Assembly (NCBI GenBank): GCA_017859335.1
Contig: JAFMNH010000001.1
Span: 1-62,800 of the forward strand
Direction of reading: 5' to 3'
DNA: 62,800 nucleotides
Source: Rhodothermales bacterium
GTDB lineage: Bacteria > Bacteroidota > Rhodothermia > Rhodothermales > UBA10348
In this document: in pieces, positions 55,211 through 62,800 of the stretch
How positions within the stretch are numbered: position 1 is the stretch's first letter
Layout: every line of letters begins with the position of its first letter
The notes under the pieces: generated by a model
Databases searched by the model: none
What the model was told of the DNA's origin: nothing
What the model saw: only the letters and a program-made list of their open reading frames with translations
Made by a program: the position numbers and the translations under genes

Positions 55211-56130
55211 CGCTCCCACCCTTCGGGAAGGGACCATGCTGAGGATGGTTCAAAGTGATCCCACAGGATACGTGATACCCCTCGGATCAGCTCATAACCG
55301 GCATTGTTGTTGGTCCAGCGTGTATCGGCCTGATCGGCTGTAATGACACAAAACAGGTAGGGCCCGGAAGGGGCGTGTACCAGAACGACTTCGGACTTCG
55401 ACGCGCTGACAGCGCCGCTCTTGGAGGCTACCTCGACGTGGGGAGGCACCTCTGAGAGGGCTTCATCATCCCACCACGGCCGTTGCAACACGCGCAGCAT
55501 TTCATGGCTTGCCGCGGGGCTCACAGCTCGTCCCTCATGAACCCATTCCATGAGGCGGGCCATTTCCCTTGGCGTTGTTTGTCCCCATCCGAAAACCTCC
55601 CAGTCACCGCGTCGGCCAGGCGTTCGGGAGTTTACGCGCGTTTGCTCAAATCCCTGACGCGCAAGCCACGCATTGATGGTGGTGCCCCCTCCGGCAAGTT
55701 CCTGGAGCCATAGACTGGCCGTATTGTCACTCTTGGAAATGGACAGGAATACCATTTCGGAGAGCAGGACGGTGGCGCTGTCCCTGAGCTCCCCCGTCAG
55801 ATCGGCATCGGAATAAAAGAGGGAATCGACATAGGTCAGGGATTGCTGGTAATCGAATTCACCAGCATCGATCCGATCGAAGAGAGCCACCATGATGGGC
55901 ACCTTGATCATGCTGGCCGTCGGATAGAGCGTATCGGCATTGATACCCACCTCCCCTCCAGTAACGAGGTCCTTGATATAGACGCCAGCCCTCCCATCGA
56001 AGGCCTTCACGAGTGGGGATATCTCGGCCGTCAGTTCTGCAAGATCAGGCCGCTCGGGCGACTGGCAGCCGCTGGAATGAAGCGCGGCAAGCAGGAGGAA
56101 TACAAGGGCGGCAAGGGTGCGCGTGCGCAT
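55189..56130 (-). CDS. Class A beta-lactamase-related serine hydrolase, secreted or lipoprotein
   Basis: SxxK (PTASMIK), SDN (SKSDNTA) and KSG (ASKSGAV) motifs in the correct order. Signal peptide with Cys (LHSSGC). Confidence 0.85.
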   Translation of the reverse strand: MRTRTLAALVFLLLAALHSSGCQSPERPDLAELTAEISPLVKAFDGRAGVYIKDLVTGGEVGINADTLYPTASMIKVPIMVALFDRIDAGEFDYQQSLTYVDSLFYSDADLTGELRDSATVLLSEMVFLSISKSDNTASLWLQELAGGGTTINAWLARQGFEQTRVNSRTPGRRGDWEVFGWGQTTPREMARLMEWVHEGRAVSPAASHEMLRVLQRPWWDDEALSEVPPHVEVASKSGAVSASKSEVVLVHAPSGPYLFCVITADQADTRWTNNNAGYELIRGVSRILWDHFEPSSAWSLPEGWERYAGSDE

Positions 56131-56187
56131 GGCTACAACAGACTCAACTGGGGGTCTTCGGAGGGAGGCCGGGCTGAGCCAGCGGGA

Positions 56188-59100
56188 TCAGGGCACAAAG
56201 ACCACGATGCCTCGGCTCACATTCTGATCGGCCTGTAACACATAATAGTAATTTCCTGCAGGCAATCTGCTCGGTGGTATCCAATCGAGTCGGTGCGAAC
56301 CCGCCACCACAGAGCGGTCCACAATGCGGGCAACGTGCCTCCCCAGGGAGTCATACACGTCCAGCCGGACGCGGGAAGGAGCAGGCAACGAAAACGGAAA
56401 CGCAACACGATCGGAAAAGGGTTGCGGGTAGGTGGGAAGGACCTCGAATCGTTCGGGGATACGTTCATCGTCGGTGCGCAGGGCAGCGGCTGCATTGAGC
56501 GTAAGCCTCACATCGATCCGGCCACTGGCACCGAACACATCCGTGGCTTCGATGGTCAGGCGGGGACTCCCATCAAGCCCCAGCCGAGCAAAAAGGGAAT
56601 CGTTGCGCAGGATAACTCGCTCAAAAGCATCCGATATCTCAACCAGCTCAAAGGAGAGGGGATCGTCTTCTGGATCGGAAATAAACGTCGGGAGATGGAG
56701 CGCCACTGAATCGCCGGGTAGATACTGCGGCAGGTTCTCAAGCGGATTTCTGATGGGGGCCGTGTTCGTACGGACAATCACGACCAGTGAGGTGTCAATG
56801 CGGCCTCCCCGACCGTCACTGGCTTGCAGGGCGACATAGGTTCGTCCTGTGGCTCGCGTCGAGATACGCAGCCCTTCCCGGGCATCCATACGCGCCTCGG
56901 CTACACCAGGATGTTCGTTGTAGAGCCAGAATCTCAGGGAATCCTGATCAGGCTCTTCAATCAGATCACTGATGGGCCAGGCGTGCTCCGTTTCAGGCAG
57001 CAGATACTGTGGGTTGGTTGGCCAGGAAACAAAGCGTGGCACACCGTTGGCCAGCACCTCCACGATGAGTAGTGTTTCGACAGAGAGTCCGTCGGGATCG
57101 GTGGCCGTCAACGCTATCGATGCGGTTCCGGCGTTTTCGGGCCATACGTAGAATCCGGATACAAGGGTGTCGATGGAGACTATGTTCGTATCTGAAACGG
57201 CAATGGAATACCTCAGAATGTCCTGATCGGGGTCTTCGAAAAAGGAGCGGTAACTGAAGTAGGTGCGCCCTTTGCCCGTTCCTGTGGTCCATTCCAGGGA
57301 GGTTTCATAGGCTACGGGCGATCGATTGACGTCTCGCGTCAGGAGCACCTGGGCTGCATTCCATGGGCCCACTCCCACAGGGTTCATGCCACGCACGCGC
57401 CAGTGATAGCGCACCCCGCGTACAAGCGGCCCCACGCGCACCCGGTTGTCCGTGGTAGTTACCGTCTCGATACCGGATTCAAATAGAGAATCGGATGATA
57501 CCTGTACCTCGTAACGTGCCCAGGGCAGTGCGTCCCATGACAGGGTGATACTGTCCCCTTGCACACGCGTAGGCGACTCGAGTCGCGAACGGATCGTGCC
57601 TGGGCGGGGTATCCCCTGCAGCGTTCCCTTCTCTTCGTAAAGAAAGGCGGACACGAGCAGGGCACTGGTCAGGGTATCGGTCAGCGATCCCACCCCCACG
57701 GTGGAAACGACCACGTTGCCTGATCGCGCGGCCAGCACATGGCCATCAGCTACCAGAAGCGGTTCGGCTGCTGAGGATACCTTCAGCGTGCGCGGCGCGG
57801 GGCCCGAGTGGCTAAGGACAAGGCCCTCCAGAAGGCCCGCGCCGCGCACGGTATCGGTGCTGAGCGCCGGGCCCACCTCCATGCCCGCCCAGTCGCGGAG
57901 CCATGCTTCTGCTTCTTCCCCCTGAACCGGCAAACGGCTGAACAGGTGCAGTGAACCGCCTCTTTCGAGGTGCCGACGGGCCATGGCCACATCGTCACTT
58001 CGCTGCAATGCCCGCCCAAGGCGGGCCATCCAGATTCGCGGGAAGGTCTCGGCCTGGGTCTGCGGCAGGGGACCCCGCACGAAGCGCTCCCACCACGAGG
58101 GGTCTTCGCCGAAGCGATTGAGCAGACGCAGGTGCTCGTTTGTTTTCGACGTGCCCTCATCCTCGGCCAACAGGAGCATGGATCCACCGGCACGAAAGGA
58201 CGCTGAGCTGTAGAAAGCAGGGACCAATTGGTCGGAGATATTCCCGGCGCCGTCTTCGCTCTCTATCCGTAGTTGGTATTCTGCGGATACGCGTGGGTAA
58301 AAGCGTGCGGAGTAGATGCCGTCGCCCTCCACAAAATCCAGATCCCCCGTCAGATCGCCCGAATCTCTCAAAGGCATGGAGGCCAGTACACGGGTTGTAT
58401 CGAAGCGGTTTACGAGGTGGGCCCGCGCACGCCGGATGCCACTGCCGTCAACAAAAGCAGCCTTGATTTCCATATCGTTGCCGACGTCAGCGTAGGAGAG
58501 ACCCTCTTTTCGCACGGAAATGAGGGCAAAAGGACCTGTCGTATCCCGGCCTGAAATGGTCACATCAAGCGTATCGGCCAAAGCCAGGGCTCCAGTCTGC
58601 GACCCATGACGCACCTCGAATGGAATCCGGACGCGGCTTCCTTCCTCTGCGTCGCCATCAAACCAGAGGATGGGAATACGGAAGCGAAGCCGACCATCGG
58701 GATCCTGAACCAGTTTCTGAGCGGTGGAGAGAGCAGCCAGGGTATTGGCCTGCACACCCGACCAAGGGACGACCCGCGCGTCGTAGTCGGTGTCCAGAAC
58801 CAGCGCACTTCCACTCAGATCCACCGCTGGATGGGGGGCGAAGAAAAGTTCGATGCCGACCAATCCACCGGCTGGGACGGAGGAGATGTCCTCGGCGTAT
58901 CCCTGTTCACCAGATTGCAGCAGTCGTGACGATGTGAAGATGCGCACTCCTGTCAGTTGCGTGCGTGCTCGTGCCTGCAGATCAATACGACCAGCCTGTT
59001 CCGGCAGCTGGATCTCGACCGGCTCCATCTCGAAAAGACTCGGATCGGCGCGAAGGGTATATCGACCTGCTGGCACGTCGTCAATCAGGAATACGCCGTC

Positions 59101-61020
59101 CTCCCCCGTTCTCGAGCCGCGCTCAACGGGGCCGCTCAAACGCACGTTGATACCGGAAACAGGCATGCCTCCCGTGCGAACCATACCCGAAACGTACGAT
59201 GTGCTCGATGCGTCGGGTCGATCTACCGGCATGCCGACTACAAGGGAGAATCGCTGCTCCGAACCCACGAGGGTCTCTGGTGCCGCCACGCGTATCCGCA
59301 GCGTGCCCGCCCTCGCCTCGAAGGCTACCTGCTCGACATTATCCCGGACGTTGATCCCCTTGGTGGCCGGCATGGTCGGGTTGGCGGGGTCGAGACGCCA
59401 CGGAAGATGGACCTGGCCTGATTGGGCGACCGATAGATCCAGGTCATGGACCAATGCCGTGGCAGGATCATCCAGGAGAGGTTCGACAACTGGTCCAGCC
59501 GGATCGGTCCAGACGAGTGTAGCGCTCATCGGTGAGGCTTCTGCCAATGCAACCTCGAATTCAGCCACCTCGCCTCCCCCCACTGCGCCCTCAAACACCC
59601 AAGCGGGATACGGCCGAACGGGTCCGGCGGCGCGATCCGCGTCGGCTGCTTGCTTCAGATGTTCTGCTGCCCGCTCGGCGTTGAGGTGACCCCATCCAAA
59701 CCGGTAGTCAGGCCCAGGGTGCGTACCTGCCTCATCTGCACTGTGGATCAAGAGGGCCTTGATGGTCGAGGCCAGAGGCACGCTGCCGGGAAAGAGCTGC
59801 TCCCACAATTCCTGTATGAGGAGTACGGCGCCGGTCACGACCGGCGCCGCCTGGGAGGTTCCGCTTGAAGCACCATAGGCCGCATCACCGCCGGCTTTCG
59901 ATGACATCAGGGCGGTACCGTTGGCCACCAGGTCAGGCTTTATGCGGCCATCATCGACAGGTCCCCATCCGGAAAACGAGGTCATGACGACATCGGCGGG
60001 TCCCTCGATTTCCCAGGGAGCATCGGCCGTGGCGCCAACGGTAATCACATTCTTGGCCACTCCGGCATCGCCGATCGTATCGTATCCCGTAGCCCCCCCG
60101 TCCGCATCCCGAACGGTCGTTTGCAGCTGCCAGCCGCCATCGAATACATAATGCGGGGCACCATCGGGTGGTCCTTGGGCTGCGCGCTCGTTTCCGGCCG
60201 ACTTCACAATCACGAGATGGGCTGCCGCATCGGCAATCTCGTCCCAAATAGCAGCCGTCTGTCCATAGCGGCCGAAGGAGACATCTTCACGCTCGGATAT
60301 CGAGGGAATTCCCATCCACCCCCAATACCCGTCCCCGAGGATATTGGGAGTCCACCCCAGTGGATCCCCATACGAGTGATTCGAGACGCGAATGCCCTCC
60401 AGAGCTACCTCGGCCATTTCAACCACGTCATTTGTCCAGTCATGGCTGCGAATCCGTGCCTGTGGGGCCATGCCCATGGCATCGCGCCACTGCCCCGATG
60501 CTGCAATGGTACCCGCAACATGGGTGGAGTGACTGGACTCGGTGGAAAACGCATCCCGGCGCTCGATCCTTCCACTCAACTCGACGTGTGTCAGACGGGG
60601 GTGCCCGTTGTCAAAAAGGGCTACCATCTGGTTGATGCCGCTCAGATTGAGGCCACTTCGTCCGTTTTCGTGGAGGGCATCGATTCCAGAGGATGCAGCA
60701 GCTTCCCTGTTGTGGGTAATGCGCATCACGGGTCTACCCTGCCTCAGGCCTACCCACTCTCGGGCCGCGATAAGGGAATCGGAATACAGCGGCGTCTTCG
60801 CAGCGTCCCCGGATGCCTTACTCAGGGCCCCCTGCTCCTGCTCGGTTTGCTCGCGCAGTCGCTCAAGGATCGCGCGCAGCCGGTCCGTGTCCATATGCGC
60901 TCCCTTTTCGCGGATGCCTTGTCCGGAAGCTACCGATGGCCACACGCACAGCATCAGCAGGACGAGGATTCGAAAGGCGAGAACCCCCGGAGCGGGCGGT
61001 ATGCTGCGGCTTCGCGTCAT
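56188..61020 (-). CDS. Very large S8 subtilisin-family serine protease with multiple Ig/FN3/cadherin-like domains and T9SS C-terminal sorting domain
   Basis: Catalytic triad contexts VALFDNG (Asp), SHSTHVAGTIAA (His) and SGTSQAAPVVTGA (Ser). A P-domain-like segment follows (ATLVWTDPAG...VHDLDLS). CarbopepD_reg-like segment (GINVRLSG...DGVFLIDDVPAGRYTLRA). FN3 segment (YEVQVSSD...RYHWRVRG). CTD (PTYPQPFSDRVAF...VRLDVYDSLGRHV...GNYYYVLQAD). The start is placed at 61020 (MTRSRS..signal peptide), because the longer ORF overlaps the upstream gene. Confidence 0.9.
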   Translation of the reverse strand: MTRSRSIPPAPGVLAFRILVLLMLCVWPSVASGQGIREKGAHMDTDRLRAILERLREQTEQEQGALSKASGDAAKTPLYSDSLIAAREWVGLRQGRPVMRITHNREAAASSGIDALHENGRSGLNLSGINQMVALFDNGHPRLTHVELSGRIERRDAFSTESSHSTHVAGTIAASGQWRDAMGMAPQARIRSHDWTNDVVEMAEVALEGIRVSNHSYGDPLGWTPNILGDGYWGWMGIPSISEREDVSFGRYGQTAAIWDEIADAAAHLVIVKSAGNERAAQGPPDGAPHYVFDGGWQLQTTVRDADGGATGYDTIGDAGVAKNVITVGATADAPWEIEGPADVVMTSFSGWGPVDDGRIKPDLVANGTALMSSKAGGDAAYGASSGTSQAAPVVTGAVLLIQELWEQLFPGSVPLASTIKALLIHSADEAGTHPGPDYRFGWGHLNAERAAEHLKQAADADRAAGPVRPYPAWVFEGAVGGGEVAEFEVALAEASPMSATLVWTDPAGPVVEPLLDDPATALVHDLDLSVAQSGQVHLPWRLDPANPTMPATKGINVRDNVEQVAFEARAGTLRIRVAAPETLVGSEQRFSLVVGMPVDRPDASSTSYVSGMVRTGGMPVSGINVRLSGPVERGSRTGEDGVFLIDDVPAGRYTLRADPSLFEMEPVEIQLPEQAGRIDLQARARTQLTGVRIFTSSRLLQSGEQGYAEDISSVPAGGLVGIELFFAPHPAVDLSGSALVLDTDYDARVVPWSGVQANTLAALSTAQKLVQDPDGRLRFRIPILWFDGDAEEGSRVRIPFEVRHGSQTGALALADTLDVTISGRDTTGPFALISVRKEGLSYADVGNDMEIKAAFVDGSGIRRARAHLVNRFDTTRVLASMPLRDSGDLTGDLDFVEGDGIYSARFYPRVSAEYQLRIESEDGAGNISDQLVPAFYSSASFRAGGSMLLLAEDEGTSKTNEHLRLLNRFGEDPSWWERFVRGPLPQTQAETFPRIWMARLGRALQRSDDVAMARRHLERGGSLHLFSRLPVQGEEAEAWLRDWAGMEVGPALSTDTVRGAGLLEGLVLSHSGPAPRTLKVSSAAEPLLVADGHVLAARSGNVVVSTVGVGSLTDTLTSALLVSAFLYEEKGTLQGIPRPGTIRSRLESPTRVQGDSITLSWDALPWARYEVQVSSDSLFESGIETVTTTDNRVRVGPLVRGVRYHWRVRGMNPVGVGPWNAAQVLLTRDVNRSPVAYETSLEWTTGTGKGRTYFSYRSFFEDPDQDILRYSIAVSDTNIVSIDTLVSGFYVWPENAGTASIALTATDPDGLSVETLLIVEVLANGVPRFVSWPTNPQYLLPETEHAWPISDLIEEPDQDSLRFWLYNEHPGVAEARMDAREGLRISTRATGRTYVALQASDGRGGRIDTSLVVIVRTNTAPIRNPLENLPQYLPGDSVALHLPTFISDPEDDPLSFELVEISDAFERVILRNDSLFARLGLDGSPRLTIEATDVFGASGRIDVRLTLNAAAALRTDDERIPERFEVLPTYPQPFSDRVAFPFSLPAPSRVRLDVYDSLGRHVARIVDRSVVAGSHRLDWIPPSRLPAGNYYYVLQADQNVSRGIVVFVP

Positions 61021-61117
61021 GACATGAAGGTAGGCACCGGACTGGGTTCGAGAAATCATTCCAAGCGTGTGCCCGGGCAAACATACCGGTGGCCGGCCAC
61101 CCGGACATGCGCGATGC

Positions 61118-62332
61118 TCACGCCTGGGGCACCGCTTGCTCGCGTTTGAGAATGACAAGCGTCATGTCATCCTCGAACATATCCGACTCGTGTCCGAGCG
61201 TGGCCACGTGCTCAAAGACCTCCGAAACGATGTCTGAAGCTGAACGATGCCGGTGGCGGCGTATTTCTTCAACCAACCCCTCGATTTCGAAAGGCGTTCC
61301 CTCAGGGGTCACACGCTCGGTGATGCCATCGGTATAGAGGGCCAGGATGGCACCCTCGGGCACGTTGGCATACCCTCGCTCAAGAGGAATATCTGGAAGC
61401 GGACCCATGATGGGCCCCGTGGGATCGAGGGGCGTAACGGTATCATCGGTAATGATCAGGCCGGAGGTGTGCCCGGCATTGGCGTAGAGCAGACCGCCGG
61501 AGCGATGGAGTTCGCCGTAAAAAACCGATACAAACCGTGTCGAAAAGGTCGTTCGATTCACTTCCCGATTCAGCTTTTTCATGGTGTAGATCATCTTCAT
61601 GTTGATGCCTACACCCATGCGGATGCCCATCAAGACGTCGCGAACCAGCAGAGCGGCAGAGAGACCGTGCCCCGATGCATCACCAATCGTCAGCCCGAGC
61701 AAATCCTCTTCAAGATCAATGAAATCGTAGAGATCGCCGCCAACGGCTTCTGCAGCCTCCGAACGTGCTGCCACGTCCCATCCGCGGAACGATGGTGCCT
61801 TTTTGGGCAACAAGCTTCGCTGAATGGCCGCAGCGGTGGCCATTTCGTTCTCTGCCGCGTCGTGTTTGAGTCGATAATTCAGGGCGAATCGGGCGCCATT
61901 CAGACAGAAGGCCACTTCGTCCCTGTTCCAGTCTTTTCCCAGAGTGAACACCATCAGATACCGATGCCCTGGTGGCCCATCGATCTGGAAAGCGACGAAT
62001 TTGTCGGCGAGACCATCTCTTGCGTGGAACCATGCAGGCATTTCCCACGGGTTTTCGAATACGAAGGACCCGTGCTCGGCAAGCATCATGACGGCAGGGT
62101 CCTCCTCCGTCAGCCGCGCGGGGAAGATGGTCTCATTCCCCGTGGCGTGCAGCAGTTCGTAGACGCCGAAGAGCTCTCGGTAGAGGTGACCATGATCGAA
62201 CTTCAGCTCCTCGCCGAAGGAGGCCACCAGGTCGTCCATGATGAGGGCCAGCGGCGCACCCTCGTCGCCGTCGCTGGCAATGCGCGCCAGCATCCGGTCC
62301 ATTTTCCGATAAAACTGTTTGGGGTCCATCAT
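61118..62332 (-). CDS. PP2C-family (SpoIIE/RsbU-type) serine phosphatase with N-terminal GAF-like sensor domain
   Basis: AAAIQRSLLP...GGDLYDFI...IGDASGHGLSAALL...YANAGH...LYTDGITE...DDMTLVIL is the SpoIIE/PPM motif series. About 160 aa of N-terminal sensor-like domain precede it. Confidence 0.9.
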   Translation of the reverse strand: MMDPKQFYRKMDRMLARIASDGDEGAPLALIMDDLVASFGEELKFDHGHLYRELFGVYELLHATGNETIFPARLTEEDPAVMMLAEHGSFVFENPWEMPAWFHARDGLADKFVAFQIDGPPGHRYLMVFTLGKDWNRDEVAFCLNGARFALNYRLKHDAAENEMATAAAIQRSLLPKKAPSFRGWDVAARSEAAEAVGGDLYDFIDLEEDLLGLTIGDASGHGLSAALLVRDVLMGIRMGVGINMKMIYTMKKLNREVNRTTFSTRFVSVFYGELHRSGGLLYANAGHTSGLIITDDTVTPLDPTGPIMGPLPDIPLERGYANVPEGAILALYTDGITERVTPEGTPFEIEGLVEEIRRHRHRSASDIVSEVFEHVATLGHESDMFEDDMTLVILKREQAVPQA

Positions 62333-62390
62333 GCCAGATGCCGAAAACGACGCAGTTACACTGATCGGGTGAGACGAGTATTTACACGTC

Positions 62391-62800
62391 TCAGAACGGT
62401 GCCGTTTCGCCGCCTTCGGGAAGAGCCCCTGAATTCGAGTCTTCCGGCAGATAGTCTCCCGGTCCGTAGTACGTGGTCAGGTTCTCGAAACGGGCATGCT
62501 GATGCACGAAGGCCAGCGAGACATCCCCGATCGGACCGTTACGCTGTTTTCCGATGATGAGCTCGGCCAAGCCCTCGGTCGAATTGCCGTTCTCGTCCAC
62601 CGTGATGCCGTACCGCTCGGCCCGATAGATGAAGGCCACAACGTCAGCATCCTGCTCTATTGACCCCGATTCTCTCAGGTCCGAGAGCTGCGGGCGCTTG
62701 TCGCCTCCTCGCGTTTCTACAGCACGGGACAGCTGAGACAAGGCAATGACGGGCACATTGAGCTCTTTGGCCAGGCCTTTCAATGACCGGGAGATGTGGG
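62391..62800 (-). CDS. dnaB: Replicative DNA helicase DnaB, C-terminal part; the gene continues beyond the window
   Basis: [24 protein letters not shown]...[27 protein letters not shown]......[13 protein letters not shown] is the conserved RecA-like C-terminal DnaB motif series. The frame stays open to the window edge. Confidence 0.9.
   Translation of the reverse strand, partial: HISRSLKGLAKELNVPVIALSQLSRAVETRGGDKRPQLSDLRESGSIEQDADVVAFIYRAERYGITVDENGNSTEGLAELIIGKQRNGPIGDVSLAFVHQHARFENLTTYYGPGDYLPEDSNSGALPEGGETAPF

Noticed and set aside
1-62800. CRISPR arrays, IS elements or transposases, toxin-antitoxin pairs and known anti-phage defence genes.
   Set aside because: I saw no regularly spaced direct repeats, no transposase-like ORFs and no terminal inverted repeats. 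The only mobile-element trace is the integrase stump at 222-866.

Overview
This 62.8-kb chromosomal window has moderately high GC. It most likely comes from a member of the FCB superphylum (Rhodothermota, Balneolota or Bacteroidota-like). The basis for that is six proteins ending in T9SS-type C-terminal sorting domains (YPNPF-type), plus a PorV/PorQ-like barrel. All calls rest on reading the ORF translations and the DNA by eye; no searches were run.

Layout, in order:
1. 1-900: the 3' part of tRNA-Cys, a strong intrinsic terminator, three 12-bp iterons and a truncated tyrosine integrase. I read this as a decayed integrative element.
2. 900-21688: a DeoR/GlpR-type regulator diverges from eleven tightly packed same-strand genes. 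These are a TonB-dependent receptor, a 1089-aa Ca-binding-like T9SS cargo, a PorV/PorQ-like barrel, a triple lamin-tail-domain/LamG cargo, a LamG/propeller-like cargo and a parvulin-like lipoprotein, followed directly by glpK-glpD-glpQ-glpF-glpT.
3. 21864-25199: an orphan GH81-PKD-CBM6-CTD beta-1,3-glucanase with a long leader.
4. 25.2-36.9 kb: a more AT-rich patch of small membrane and secreted proteins, ilvA, a PKD/CTD protein, an unusual Kelch-TM-winged-helix one-component regulator, and an SGNH hydrolase.
5. 37440-39559: a DUF4212 plus sodium:solute symporter pair.
6. 39650-41730: a coupled LpxH-like and glycosyltransferase pair.
7. 41898-55210: a dense signalling hub. One four-gene operon encodes a PAS-HK-REC kinase, a Ser/Thr kinase with TPR repeats, a ClpA-length AAA+ unfoldase lacking a ClpP-docking loop, and a REC-HK lacking the phospho-acceptor His. 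It diverges from a 1524-aa hybrid kinase plus a second REC-HK.
8. 55189-62800: a class-A beta-lactamase-like hydrolase, a 1.6-kaa S8 subtilase T9SS cargo, a GAF-PP2C phosphatase and the 3' end of dnaB.

The two best candidates for undescribed systems are the TBDT/PorV/T9SS-cargo module embedded in the glp regulon, and the kinase/unfoldase operon.
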